A stretch of 64,000 bases of DNA from Candidatus Eiseniibacteriota bacterium (GCA_963703225.1 OY969801.1:1408001-1472000); one strand, 5' to 3'. Numbered from the stretch's first letter, positions 38,119-49,411 are shown. Notes: generated by a model from the letters alone, not told the origin. A program made the numbers and translations.

Positions 38119-40012
38119 ATGGGTTCGCGCTCCTCGAATCGGCGCGGCGACGCTCCTCCCCCCTCTCCTCCCGACGATCCGGCTTCGGTCGACCTGGCGC
38201 GCGCGATCGCAGCCCTCCCGGCCCAGCCCGGCGTCTACCTGTTCCGGGACACGAAGGGGATCCTTCTCTACGTCGGGAAGGCGAAACGGCTGGACCAGAG
38301 GGTCCGGTCGCACTTTCAAGACCCGTCCTCGATCGGGCCGAAGCAGGTGGCCCTGATCCGGCGGGTCGCGAACGTCGAGTTCATCGCGGTCGATTCGGAG
38401 ATCGACGCGCTCATCCTCGAATCGACGCTCGTCCGGGAGCAGCAGCCACCCTACAACGTCCATCTGAAAGACGACAAACGGTACCCCTACATCCGCGTCT
38501 CGTGGCAGGAGCCGTATCCCAAGCTCTCGATCGTCCGCCGGGTGGAGCGGGATGGGGCGCGGTACTTTGGGCCCTACACGGAGGTGAAGAGCCTCCGGCA
38601 GCTGCTCCGGCTCACGCAGACCATCTTTCCCGATGAGAACCTGCGCGGACATCGACGCCCACATCGCGGCGCGCCGCGAGTGCCTGGAGTTCCACATCGG
38701 CCGCTGCACCGGCCCGTGCATCGAGGCGCAATCGCGGGACGAGTACCGCGCGATGGTGGATCAATTCTGCGAGTTTCTGGCGGGCCGGAGGGAGCAAGTC
38801 GTCACGCGCCTCAAGGCGCTCCAGGGCGAGGCGGCCGACCGGCGCGAGTATGAGCGCGCGGCCCGTCTGCGCGATCAGGTTCGACGGCTGGAGTCGGTCC
38901 TCGCGCGTCAACGGATGGTCGACGTGAGCGGCGCTTCCGCCGACGTCCTGGGAGTCGCGCGGCAGGGAGATCGGTGCTGCGTCGTGATCCTGAAAGTGCG
39001 GGAGCGGCGGGTCGTGGCGCGCGAGGTCCGCTGGCTCCAGGGGGGCGGGGTCGTGGGGGAGGCGGATCTCCTGCGCGCGTTCGTGACCCAGAGCTACGCC
39101 AAGACCGATTCCATCCCGGAGACGATCGTGGTCGAGACCGATCCCGACGAGGGAGAGCTGGTACGGACCTTTCTCGCTAGAAACGCGGCCGGCGCGGTTC
39201 GCATGCGGCAGCCGCGGGACGCGGCGGAGCGCGCCCTTCTCCGCATGGCCCGGCGGAACGCGGCCCTCCTGATTTCGCGCGGCCGGGATCAGACGGCGCG
39301 GGGGCTCGAGAGGGGAGCGGCCGACGAAGCGCTGGAGCTTCAGCGGGTGATGGGCCTCGCCCGTCTCCCGCGACGGATTCGATGCTTCGACGTGTCGCAG
39401 CTCTTCGGGACGCACGTGGTGGCGTCGATGGTCACGTTCGTGGACGGCCGACCCGCGAAGGGTGAATACCGGCGGTTCCGCATCCGCTCCGTCGAGGGGC
39501 AGGACGATTTCGCCTCGATCGCGGAGGCGGTTCGGCGCCACGCGGACCGCGTGGGCGCGGAGGAGATGGCACCGGCGGATCTCATCCTGATCGACGGAGG
39601 CGTAGGTCAGCTCTCCGCGGCGGTGGCGGCGGTGCGGGGCACCGCGCTCGACGGTGTGCCGTTCGCCGGGCTCGCCAAGCGGCTCGAGGAAATCGTCCGG
39701 TTCGGGGCGCCGCCACTCCTACTGTCGCGGCGCTCTCCCGCCCTCAAGCTTCTCCAGCGAATCCGGGACGAAGCCCATCGCTTCGCGATCACCTACCACC
39801 GAGCCCTTCGGGTTCGAGCGGCGCGGGCGTCGTCTTTGGAGCGGGTGCCCGGACTTGGCCCGAAACGCCGCGCGCTCCTGCTCCAACGGTTCGGCTCCGT
39901 CGCCCGGCTCAAACGCCAGCGGGTGGAGTCGATCGCCGCGGTGCCTGGAATCGGGGAACGGATGGCCGCCCGCATCCTCGAGTTCGTCGACGCGGGGGGG
40001 CCCTCCGAATGA
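38119..40012 (+). CDS. uvrC: Excinuclease ABC subunit C; frameshift near 38628
   Basis: GIY-YIG (PGVYLF..LYVGKAK), YERAARLRD, CFDVS, IDGG.GQ, RDEAHRFA and HhH. Confidence 0.93.
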
Positions 40013-40563
40013 AGACGAAGCGGGTGGAGGTGGCCCAGGCGAGGATCTCAGCACCTCCCGGGAAGATCTGGATCCTGGCGACGGACGCGGGGCTCCGCGA
40101 GATACGCCTCTCCGAGCGCGAGGCGCCCTCCCGCTCCGAGATGCGGTCCCGGGGGTGGAAGAAGGTGCGCCGCCCGCGCTGGACCGATCCGATGAAGAAG
40201 GCGCTCGAAGCCTACTTTCGCGGCACCGATCGCACGCTCGACCTCCCGCTCGACCTCGCTGTCGGCACCCCCTTCGAGCGAAAGGTCTGGGAGGCCGCGC
40301 GGAAGATCCCCTATGGGGCCTCGTTCTCGTACGAGGAGGTGGCGCGGATGGCGGGCCACCCGAGAGCGTCGCGGGCTGCCGGAAACGCCCTCGGCGCCAA
40401 CCCGGTTCCGATCGTGGTCCCGTGCCATCGCGTCATCCACGCCGACCGCTCCATCGGAGGTTTTTCCTCGGGATTGACCTGGAAGCGCTTCCTCCTCGAA
40501 TTGGAGCGCGGGCAGCTCGAATTGCCATGGAAGCCGAAACGGCGGACGCTGTTCCGGCGATGA
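40009..40563 (+). CDS. ogt: Methylated-DNA--protein-cysteine methyltransferase
   Basis: GTPFERKVW, IPYG, RAAGNA and PCHRVI. Confidence 0.9.
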   Translation: MKTKRVEVAQARISAPPGKIWILATDAGLREIRLSEREAPSRSEMRSRGWKKVRRPRWTDPMKKALEAYFRGTDRTLDLPLDLAVGTPFERKVWEAARKIPYGASFSYEEVARMAGHPRASRAAGNALGANPVPIVVPCHRVIHADRSIGGFSSGLTWKRFLLELERGQLELPWKPKRRTLFRR

Positions 40564-41477
40564 CCAAACCCTCCGCCGGGGCCAGTCGCGCGACGCCGCT
40601 CGCCCGCCACGTCGCCTCGTTCCGGGATCACCTCGCCCTCGAGCGTCGATTGAGCGAAAACACGGTGCGTGCATACGTGCAGGATCTCGAGCAATATGAT
40701 CGATTCCTCCTGGGCCGGCGGATTGGCGCGCCCTCTGAGGTGCGGACCCGCGACGTCGAGGAGTATGTTGCGGGGGCGCGGTGGGCCGCCTCGACCGCGG
40801 CCCGGAAGATCGCCGCGCTGAGGGCCTTTCATGAATTCTTGAGACGTCGAGGGATCGCGAACGAGAATCCGGCGCTGGAGGTCCGCCCTCCGCGGCAGAC
40901 GCGGGCGCTCCCCGACGTGCTCGACACGCGGCAGGTGGAGGCGCTGCTTCAGGCACCCCGAGGAGAGGAAGCGCTCGCGGCGCGGGATCGGGCGCTTCTC
41001 GAGATGGCCTATGCAACGGGGCTTCGCGCGAGCGAGCTGGTCGGGCTCAAGCTCGAGGAGGTCGACCTGGAAGAGCGGCTCGTCCGGTGCATGGGGAAGC
41101 GGTCGCGGGAGCGGATCGTTCCCTACGGCGAGAAGGCCCATCACGCCCTGGTCCGGTACCTGGAGGGCTCGCGGCCCCAGCTGCTCCGGGATCGCGGCGA
41201 GCGCGCGCTCTTCCTGACCCGGTTCGGTCGACGTTTCACGCGGATGGGGTATTGGAAGCTGCTTCGCGGGTACGCGAAGGCGGCGGGCATCGACCAGCCG
41301 GTCTCCCCGCACACGCTCCGGCACTCGTGCGCGACGCATCTGCTGGAAGGTGGGTGCGACCTGAGAGTGGTGCAAGAGATTCTTGGCCATCGTTCGATCG
41401 AGACGACCCAGATCTATACCCACCTCGACCGGAGTTACCTCCGCGAGGTGCACGCGCGATTTCACCCCAGGGCTTGA
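40560..41477 (+). CDS. xerD: Tyrosine recombinase XerD
   Basis: LERRLSENTVRAY, LPDVL, YATGLRASEL, SPHTLRHS and LGH..TTQIYTH..FHPRA. Confidence 0.88.
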   Translation: MTKPSAGASRATPLARHVASFRDHLALERRLSENTVRAYVQDLEQYDRFLLGRRIGAPSEVRTRDVEEYVAGARWAASTAARKIAALRAFHEFLRRRGIANENPALEVRPPRQTRALPDVLDTRQVEALLQAPRGEEALAARDRALLEMAYATGLRASELVGLKLEEVDLEERLVRCMGKRSRERIVPYGEKAHHALVRYLEGSRPQLLRDRGERALFLTRFGRRFTRMGYWKLLRGYAKAAGIDQPVSPHTLRHSCATHLLEGGCDLRVVQEILGHRSIETTQIYTHLDRSYLREVHARFHPRA

Positions 41478-41504
41478 GCCCGACGCCGGGATGTGGAGGT
41501 TGAG

Positions 41505-42239
41505 ATGAGGTGGGAGTGGGCTCACGCCGTAGCGCGTCATGGCGCCAGCGGCCTCCTTGTGGGCGCCGTGGCCGTCATGATGTTCCCGCGCGCGGCCGAC
41601 GCCGGAACGCGCGCCGCTCCTTCGGGGGCCGAGACGGCGTTTGCGCGGGATCATCTGGCCCTGGCGTTCTCGGCCCATCAGCCGCCGCCGACCTCGGCGA
41701 GCCGCGGCACCCTGCTGCGTCGTCAACGGCCGGGCACGATCAGCGTCGGGTTCCAGGGCTCCTATGGGATCGTCCGAGGCACGTCGCGCCTGGCCGACGG
41801 GTTCGACAACGGGTTCGGCTACGCCCTTCGAATTCGGTACATGCTCTCGCCATCCTTCGCGCTCGGGTTCTCCTTTGAGAACCAGCACTACGACTCGCGC
41901 GGCGGCGCTCCCTCCACCATCCCGGGAGCCAGCGACAGCTCGATCGTGATGACCACGGTCTCCGCCGAGGGGGTTGTCTTCATCCACCGCGAGAAAGAGG
42001 TGACCCCCTATTTCCTCGGGGGCTTTGGACACGCTGCCCCCGACGTCGTCGACGATGTGCTGGGGAGCGCCCGGGTGAACGAGGGCATGTATTTGGTCCT
42101 CGGCGCGGGGCTCGAGCGATTCATGCGCCCGCGCTTCTCTCTCGATTTCACGCTGCGCGGCTACGCGTTGATCAGCAACTCCGAGTTCACGTCCTTCGCG
42201 CAGATCTGCGCGGGGATCCATCTGTACCCCGGGGACTGA
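41505..42239 (+). CDS. Outer-membrane beta-barrel protein (small, OmpA-TM-like)
   Basis: Signal peptide and alternating beta strands (GFGYALRIRY, PYFLGGFG, LGAGLERF). SD GGAGG. Confidence 0.65.
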   Translation: MRWEWAHAVARHGASGLLVGAVAVMMFPRAADAGTRAAPSGAETAFARDHLALAFSAHQPPPTSASRGTLLRRQRPGTISVGFQGSYGIVRGTSRLADGFDNGFGYALRIRYMLSPSFALGFSFENQHYDSRGGAPSTIPGASDSSIVMTTVSAEGVVFIHREKEVTPYFLGGFGHAAPDVVDDVLGSARVNEGMYLVLGAGLERFMRPRFSLDFTLRGYALISNSEFTSFAQICAGIHLYPGD

Positions 42240-42245
42240 TCCGCG

Positions 42246-43631
42246 ATGCGGGTCACATTTTGGGGGGCGGCTCGGACCGTCACGGGCTCCAAGCACCTCC
42301 TGACCGGAGCGTCGGGGACCGTCCTGCTGGACTGCGGTCTCTTCCAAGGTCGGCGTGCGGAGGCCGAAGCGAGGAATCGAGCGCTCCCGTTCGGCGCGCG
42401 GTCGGTGGACGCCGTGGTCCTCTCCCACGCGCACATCGATCACTCGGGCGCGCTTCCGCTGCTCTGCAAGAGCGGGTACGAAGGACCGATCCACGCGACC
42501 GGGGCGACCACCGATCTCTGCCGGGCGATGCTCCTCGACGCGGCGCACATCCAGGTGAAGGACGCCGAGTGGATGAATCGGCGCCGGCGCGGCGACCGCC
42601 GCGGCCCCTTTGAGCCGCTCTATGGCCCGGCCGACGCGGAGCAAGCGCTCTCCCAATTCGTGTCGCACGACTACGACCGTCCCTTCGAGCCGATCGAAGG
42701 ACTCTCGGTGACCTACCAGGACGCGGGGCATATCGTCGGGTCGGCCTCCGTATCGCTTCGGTGGGGCCGGAACGGAGACGCCCGCTCGCTGGTCTTCTCG
42801 GGCGATCTGGGCCGCCCGGGCCGCGCCATCCTTCGCGATCCGGTGCCGCTCCCGCGCGCGGACTACCTGATCACCGAGGGAACGTACGGGGGAAAGCACC
42901 ACCCGGACGAGGCGACCCTCTGGACCGCGCTGGAGGCGGTCGTCCGGGACGCGCTCTCGCGCCGGGGGCGAATCGTGATCCCAGCGTTCGCGATCGGGCG
43001 GACGCAGGACATCGTCCACGCCCTCGACCGCCTCTTCCGGGCCGGGCGGCTTCCCGAGATTCCGATCTTCATCGACAGTCCCCTCGCCGCCGACGTGCAG
43101 TCGATTGTCCGCAAGCACCCCGAGGTCTTCGACGAGGAGACCGCCGCGGCGCTTCGCGCGGGCGGCGATCCCCTGGGCATGACCAAGGTGACCCTGATCC
43201 GAGAGGCGGCCGATTCGATGAGGCTGAATGACCGGACGGGGACATTCATCACCGTCTCGGCTTCGGGGATGTGCGAAGGGGGCCGCATCCTCCATCACCT
43301 GAAGCACACGATCGAGGACCCTCGCAACACGGTGGTCATCATCGGCTACCAGGCGGAGGGAACTCTCGGAAGGCGGCTCGTCGACAAGGCTCCGGAGGTC
43401 AAGATCCTCGGGGAGGTCCACCCGGTGCGCGCCAAGGTGGTCGTCCTGAACGGATTCAGCGCCCACGCCGACCATGACGCGCTCGTCGCGCAGGCCGCCT
43501 CGTGCGGCGCGGGCAAAGGAGTCGCGGTCGTGCACGCGGACGTCGAGCGGGCCGAAGCGCTGCGCGCCGGTCTGGCTCAAAGAGAATGGACACGCATCCC
43601 GAGCGAAGGGGAGACCTGGGAGCTCTCATGA
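42246..43631 (+). CDS. MBL-fold beta-CASP ribonuclease (YSH1/CPSF73-like, bacterial type)
   Basis: LLDCG, HAHIDHSG, AGHIVGS, FSGDLG, EGTYG, PAFAIGRTQ, SGMCEGGRI and FSAHAD. Confidence 0.9.
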   Translation: MRVTFWGAARTVTGSKHLLTGASGTVLLDCGLFQGRRAEAEARNRALPFGARSVDAVVLSHAHIDHSGALPLLCKSGYEGPIHATGATTDLCRAMLLDAAHIQVKDAEWMNRRRRGDRRGPFEPLYGPADAEQALSQFVSHDYDRPFEPIEGLSVTYQDAGHIVGSASVSLRWGRNGDARSLVFSGDLGRPGRAILRDPVPLPRADYLITEGTYGGKHHPDEATLWTALEAVVRDALSRRGRIVIPAFAIGRTQDIVHALDRLFRAGRLPEIPIFIDSPLAADVQSIVRKHPEVFDEETAAALRAGGDPLGMTKVTLIREAADSMRLNDRTGTFITVSASGMCEGGRILHHLKHTIEDPRNTVVIIGYQAEGTLGRRLVDKAPEVKILGEVHPVRAKVVVLNGFSAHADHDALVAQAASCGAGKGVAVVHADVERAEALRAGLAQREWTRIPSEGETWELS

Positions 43632-45623
43632 CGCGGGAAGGTGGACGGCTGCGGTCGATGGGATTCCGCGTCGGGGATCGCGTGGTCCACCGCTCGTTCG
43701 GTGAGGGACTGATCGTCGAGGTTCGTGAGCGCGACGGCTTCGAGGTGCTCGAGATCGCGTTCGCCGACGGCATCCGAAGGCTCACGTCCCTCTATCCGCT
43801 CGAGCCGGCGAGGGGTGCCGGCCGCGCGACCTCGGCTCCAGCCGTCTCGGCGGCGTCTGCCGCGCCCGCGTTTCGGCTCGGCACGGAATTCCCGACGCGA
43901 GGGAAGTTCCGGATCGCTGCCGGGGCGGAGGAGCTGTTCCAGCGTCTCGCGGTCGGCCCCTACGACTCGGCAAAGGATCACGAGATCCGGTTGCGGGTCG
44001 AGCGCTACACGCTCCACCGCGGCTTCGATCGGCTCCTCTGCATCGATCGGCTCCGGGATGTCCAGAAGTACGAGCATCAGATCCAGGCCGCCATCACCGT
44101 GCTTCGTCGGATGCGGGGCCGGTCGCTCCTCGCGGACGAGGTGGGCCTGGGGAAGACGATCGAGGCAGGGCTGGTGCTCAAGGAATATCTGCTCCGCGGC
44201 CTCGTGCAGCGGGCCCTGGTCCTGGTGCCGGCATCCCTGGTCGAGCAGTGGGACCAGGAGCTCCGGCGAAAGTTCGACCTGGAATTCGCCGTCCTGAAGC
44301 ACGGCACTCCCTGGTGGGAGGAGCCGCTCCTCCTCGCGTCGATGGACACCGCCAAACTCTTGCGCCACCGGGACAAGGTGGCCGCTGCCTCATTCGACCT
44401 GGTGATCGTGGACGAGGCCCACCGACTGAAGAACCAGAAGACGCTCGCGTGGAAATTCCTGGATCGGCTGGCGCCGCGGTATCTCCTTCTCCTGACCGCG
44501 ACCCCGGTCCAGAACGATCTCCACGAGCTCTACAACCTGGTCCAGCTGCTGCGTCCCGGGCTCCTCGGCACCTATCGCGCCTTTGGCCGTGAGTTCATGC
44601 GCCGGGGGGACCGGCGGATGCCGCAGAACACCGGCCGTCTGGCCACCCTTCTGGGCGAAACCATGATCCGCACGACCCGCGCCAGCACCTCGATCCGGTT
44701 CCCGAAGCGCGAGGTGACCAACGTCCTGTTCGACCTGAGCCCCGCCGAGCGCGGGAATCTACGACGACGTGTCGCGACTGGTGCGGCGTCTGGTGCAGGG
44801 GCAACGGGATCCGCGCCGCGGCGCGGTCAAGCTCACGCTCCTCACGCTCCAAAAGGAGATCGGATCGAGCACGTTCGCGGCGGTCCCGACTCTCGGCAAA
44901 CTTCTCGCCAGGGAATCGCCGGGGCCTCCGCGCGGAGACCTGGAAGAGCTTCTGACGCGGGCGCGCGCCATCGACACGAACGCAAAGTACGAAGGGATCG
45001 CTCGCATCGTGGAGTCCTCCCGCGACAAGCTGGTCGTCTTCACCCAGTTTCGCGCGACTCTCGAGTTTATCGCCCGCTCGCTGCGCGCGTCGGGCGTTCG
45101 GACGAGCGTCTTTCATGGCGCCCTCAGCCTTCGCGAGAAGGAAGAGGCGATCGCGCAGTTCCGGGACCGCTCGCGCGTGCTGGTAAGCACCGAAGCGGGT
45201 GGGGAAGGCCGAAACCTCCAGTTCTGCCGCCTCCTCGTGAACTACGACCTCCCGTGGAATCCGATGCGGATCGAGCAGCGGATCGGCCGGATCCATCGGC
45301 TCGGCCAGACGCACGACGTTCATGTGTTCAATTTCACGGCGCGGAACACGGTCGAGGCCTACGTGCTCGAGATCGTCCACGAGAAGATCAACCTCTTCCG
45401 GTCGGTGATCGGAGACCTGGACATGGTGCTCGGCCCCTACGCCGAGGCGGGATCGTTCGAGGACGCGGTCTTCAACATCTGGGCCAACGCCCGCGGTGAC
45501 CGGGACCTCGAGCGGGAGTTTGGAAAGTTGGGCGTCGCGCTCAGCGTGGGCCGAAAACGATACGACGCGGTGGAGGAGCTGGACCGCAGACTCCTGGATG
45601 GCCTGGACAATGGCGACTCGTAG
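43628..45623 (+). CDS. SNF2-family helicase (YqhH/RapA-like) with an N-terminal Tudor-like domain; frameshift near 44755
   Basis: LADEVGLGKT, DEAH, LTATP, STEAGGEGRNLQ and PWNPMRIEQRIGR. ATGA overlap with the RNase. Confidence 0.9.
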
Positions 45624-46427
45624 GCGCGGAGACGCGGGGCGAGCTGCCGGAGATCCTGGCTTCGATCCTGGAAGCGCGGGGGGCGACGGTGGCCAAGCGG
45701 GGCACGGTCTGGGAGGCCGCGATCCCGTCGGAGCTCACCCGGGGCCTGGGGGTCGACCGGGTTCGCCTCGTGGCGGCGCCCGCCGGTCGGGCGGCCCGAG
45801 GCGCGGAGATGGACGCCGCGATGACCGAGCGGATCCTGCTGCTGGGTCGCTCGCACGGCGAGGTGACTCGATTGGTGGCACGCGTTCCGTCGCCCGAAAG
45901 GATCTCGCCGCGGCGGCGCGGCAGTGGGTCCGGCTTCACTGGCGAATCCGCTATGGAAGCGACGATCTCGCGGAGGAGCTTCTGGTGCAGCGTCTGCCGG
46001 TGGGCTCGACGGCGGGCATGAGCGCTCCCAGCGACGGGGTTCTGCGCGAGCCGACGCCCGAGGAGTCGAAGAGCTTGGGGCCGCCCGACCCGCAGCTCCT
46101 CGAGGCTGCCTGGGTCCGCGGACTCCGACAGCTGGAGTCGAGGATCCGCCGAAGATTGCGCCCCCACGAGGACCGGATGCGTCGAGAGCTCCACCGGGAG
46201 ATGCGGACCCTGAGCACCCACTTTCGGTCGCTGATCGCCGAGGAACGGACGGGCCGCGGCGCCGCGAAGAGGGACGGGAGGCGGGCCGGATCCTCCAGTT
46301 AAAGGAGGACTGGGAGCGGAAGCTGGCGGCCGCGATCCGCCAGCGCGCGCTCGACACGGAAGCGAGGCTCGTGGCGGCGGCGCTCCTCACGGTGCTCCCC
46401 GAATCCCGAGGACCCAAGGCGGTTTGA
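45610..46427 (+). CDS. YqhG-like hypothetical partner of the SNF2 helicase; several frameshifts
   Basis: Overlaps the helicase stop. The pieces give ..ILEARGATV.., WVRLHWRIRYGSD..EELL and a coiled-coil (ELHREMRTLSTHF..LKEDWERKL). The pairing mirrors Bacillus yqhG/yqhH. Confidence 0.5.
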
Positions 46428-46454
46428 CAGGGCGTCGGTCCGCCTCGGTAGACT
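46424..46454 (+). promoter_or_regulatory. Sigma70-like promoter for the TPR gene
   Basis: TTGACA-19 bp-TAGACT (long spacer), followed by SD AGGAGG. Confidence 0.5.
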
Positions 46455-46482
46455 CAGCGGCTTACCCTACCCTAGGAGGAAC

Positions 46483-47184
46483 ATGACCACCCATCTGGTG
46501 AAGCGCCAGAAGATGACGAAGCGGCAGATGAAGGAAGATCCGCTCGTCACCGCGGCTGGAAGGGCCATGGATCAGTGGGAGCGGCATGGAAGCCGGATCC
46601 TGATCGTGGCGGGGATCGTGGCCCTCGTGGGACTTCTGGTCTTCTTCATGGCGCAGGCCCGGTCCAAGGCCGAGGTCAAGGCATCCGGTGAGCTGTTCCG
46701 AGCGTCGCTGGTGGTCAACCAGGGCGACTACGCGTCGGCCGCGCCGATGCTCCAAGAGATCATCGATAAGGAACCCGGCACGAACGCGGCGCGGGAAGCG
46801 ATGCTCTACCTGGGGGACTGCTTGATGGGGCAGAACAAGGCCTCCGACGCGGCGACCTGGTACCGGAAGTACATTCAGAAGTCAGGTCGGGATCGAGGGA
46901 AGCAGCGGATCGGCTATTTCGCCCTCGGGACCGCCCTCGAGGATAGCCGGGAATTCCGTCAAGCCGCGGACGCCTATGCCGAGTCCGCCAAGCGCTCCGA
47001 CAGCGTGAACGAGCGCGGCCGCGCCATGCTCGCGCAAGCCCGCTGTCTCTTCCGCGCGGGCCAGAATGCCAAGGCGGTCGAGATCTACAAGGCGGTGGTC
47101 GCCCTGCCGGGAGCGGATGTGCCGATCGTGGACGTGGCGAACGGCCGGCTCGGAGAGATCCAGGCGGCACCGCAGAGCCCGTAG
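46483..47184 (+). CDS. Membrane-anchored TPR protein (YfgM-like)
   Basis: KRQMKEDPL N-terminus, one TM helix and several TPR-like repeats. Confidence 0.75.
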   Translation: MTTHLVKRQKMTKRQMKEDPLVTAAGRAMDQWERHGSRILIVAGIVALVGLLVFFMAQARSKAEVKASGELFRASLVVNQGDYASAAPMLQEIIDKEPGTNAAREAMLYLGDCLMGQNKASDAATWYRKYIQKSGRDRGKQRIGYFALGTALEDSREFRQAADAYAESAKRSDSVNERGRAMLAQARCLFRAGQNAKAVEIYKAVVALPGADVPIVDVANGRLGEIQAAPQSP

Positions 47185-47197
47185 CTCCACCGGGCCG

Positions 47198-49390
47198 ATG
47201 CCGGAACCGATACGGCTCGCTCTGGTGTGGCACATGCACCAGCCGAGCTATCGAGACGCGGAGACCGGCGGGCTTCTCCTTCCTTGGGCTCGGCTCCACG
47301 CCACCAAGGACTATCGGGACATGGCGGCCACCCTGGCCCGCTACCCCCGGGTCCACGCCACGTTCAATCTCACTCCGATCCTGCTCGATCAGCTCGATGG
47401 GATCGCTTCCGGTGGGACCGATCCCTACACCACCGTCGCCAGAACCCCAGCCGAGACGCTGAGCGGGCCGGATCGGCAATTTCTTCTCGCGCACTTCTTC
47501 GATCTCCACCACGAGCGGATGCTCGATCCCTACCCTCGCTATCGGGATCTCTTCGAGCGGGCGCGGCAGCTGCCCGCGCAGACGGGGCAGGGCTCCGACG
47601 CGACGCCCGCCCTTTCCGTGCAGGATCTCCGGGATCTTCAGGTCTGGTTCCACCTCGCCTGGATCGATCCCTCCCACCGGCATGACGAGCCGGTTCGCTC
47701 GCTCTTCGAGAAGGGGCGCGGGTTCACCGAGGAGGAGAAGATCGCGCTCTTGAAATGGGGCGCCGAGTGCGCGGGCTCGATCGAAGGGGTCTATCGCGCG
47801 CTCGAGGCGGGGGGTCAGATCGAGATCTCCACCTCGGCCTATCATCATCCGATCCTACCCCTCTTGATCGACAGCGACTCGCCGAGGGAATCCTCCGCCT
47901 CGATCCCGCTGCCGAATCCGGCCTATCGAGCTCCGGCGGACGCGGAGACGCAGATCCGGCGCGCGAGAGAGGCGCACGCGCGCCGATTCGGGCATCCGCC
48001 CCGGGGGACCTGGCCGCCGGAAGGCGCGGTCAGCCAGGCGACGCTCGCGCAGCTGGCCGCGGCCGGATTTCGGTGGGTCGCTTCCGACGAGGCGGTCCTC
48101 GCGGCCGCGATGGCGGGGAAGGGAACGGATCACCCCGCCTGGCCCGGCCCCCTCTACACGGCCCATCGCGTCGAAACCACGTCGGGGCCGATCGCGATGG
48201 TCTTTCGCGATCGGATGCTCTCCGATCTCATCGGATTCACCTACTCGCGCTGGGACCCACGCGACGCGGCGGAGGACTTCGTGCGACGGGTCCGCGAAGT
48301 GCGCCGGGCCTTACCCGACGACGAAAGCCCGCTCGTGACCGTGATCCTGGACGGGGAGAACTGCTGGGAGTTTTACGCCGAGGATGGAAACCCGTTCCTC
48401 GCGGAGCTCTATCGACTGCTGGAGGCCGACCCAGAGATCGAGCCGGTCACGGTCAGCGAAGCGCTCGATCGGGTTCCGCCCGTGTCCCGGCTCCACCACG
48501 TGCCGGTCGGGTCCTGGATCCGCGCCGACCTCGGCATTTGGGTCGGGCACCCCGAGAAGAATCGGGCGTGGGCGGAGCTCGGCCGAGCCCGCGAAGCTGT
48601 CCTGAAAGCCGCCGGAGCCGGAGTGGCCGGCGCTGCGGCGGCCCTCGAGCAGATCTACGCCGCCGAGGCGAGCGATTGGTTCTGGTGGTATGGGGACGAC
48701 CACCCGAGCACGCACCGGGAGACGTTCGATCGGCTCTTCCGCTCGAGGCTGATCGCGGCGTACCGCGAGATCGGAATCGCCACGCCCGCCTCGTTGCTGC
48801 AGAGCCTCCGCTCCGGCCAACCGGGGCCGGTGGGGGAAGCCGGTGCGGTGACGGATGAGCCGGGGGCGATCGCGTACGTGCGCCCGGCGCTCGACGGGCG
48901 GGAGACCGACCTCGGGGAATGGCGGGAAGCGATCGTCCACGACTTGGCGGGCTCCACGGGGAGCATGCATCGCGTTTCCGGCATCATGCGGACGGTCCGG
49001 TTCGGCACCGATGGAAGCGAGCTCTACATCCGCGTCGATCTGGAAGTCCCGAACGAGATGCCCTCGGATCTGTCCGTCGGGATTGAGTTCTCGGGAATCG
49101 AGAAGCCGCTCGCCAGAGTGGCGCTCGGCTCGGGCCGGCAGGGCGTTCCCACTTGGAGCGGTCCCGATCGCGGGGGGGCGGCCGTCGACCCTGGAGAATA
49201 CGCGCTCGACGAAATTCTCGAGATCCGCCTCCCTCTCGAAGCGTGCGGCAGGGGACGAGTGCGCTCGCTCCAATTCCGGGTCCTCTTGGAACAGCGGGGA
49301 CAGCCGGCTGAGACGGCGCCCCACGGCGGGTGGTTCGAGCTTCTCGTTCCACCGGAGGACCCGCGCGCTTCGCTCCGGTCCACCGTCTGA
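47198..49390 (+). CDS. Glycoside hydrolase family 57 (amylopullulanase-like)
   Basis: WHMHQP, HPILPL, WPPEG, ILDGENCWEFY and SDWFWW. Confidence 0.92.
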   Translation: MPEPIRLALVWHMHQPSYRDAETGGLLLPWARLHATKDYRDMAATLARYPRVHATFNLTPILLDQLDGIASGGTDPYTTVARTPAETLSGPDRQFLLAHFFDLHHERMLDPYPRYRDLFERARQLPAQTGQGSDATPALSVQDLRDLQVWFHLAWIDPSHRHDEPVRSLFEKGRGFTEEEKIALLKWGAECAGSIEGVYRALEAGGQIEISTSAYHHPILPLLIDSDSPRESSASIPLPNPAYRAPADAETQIRRAREAHARRFGHPPRGTWPPEGAVSQATLAQLAAAGFRWVASDEAVLAAAMAGKGTDHPAWPGPLYTAHRVETTSGPIAMVFRDRMLSDLIGFTYSRWDPRDAAEDFVRRVREVRRALPDDESPLVTVILDGENCWEFYAEDGNPFLAELYRLLEADPEIEPVTVSEALDRVPPVSRLHHVPVGSWIRADLGIWVGHPEKNRAWAELGRAREAVLKAAGAGVAGAAAALEQIYAAEASDWFWWYGDDHPSTHRETFDRLFRSRLIAAYREIGIATPASLLQSLRSGQPGPVGEAGAVTDEPGAIAYVRPALDGRETDLGEWREAIVHDLAGSTGSMHRVSGIMRTVRFGTDGSELYIRVDLEVPNEMPSDLSVGIEFSGIEKPLARVALGSGRQGVPTWSGPDRGGAAVDPGEYALDEILEIRLPLEACGRGRVRSLQFRVLLEQRGQPAETAPHGGWFELLVPPEDPRASLRSTV

Positions 49391-49411
49391 GGGGCACCGC
49401 CTTGGGTCTCC

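Noticed and set aside
40311..43580. 1089-aa ORF on the - strand, and similar long antisense ORFs elsewhere
   Set aside because: Shadow of xerD, the barrel gene and the beta-CASP RNase, with no recognisable domains.
43628..45623. SNF2 helicase as part of a DISARM-type defence island
   Set aside because: No methylase, DrmA/B or phospholipase D neighbours, and the context is core genome.
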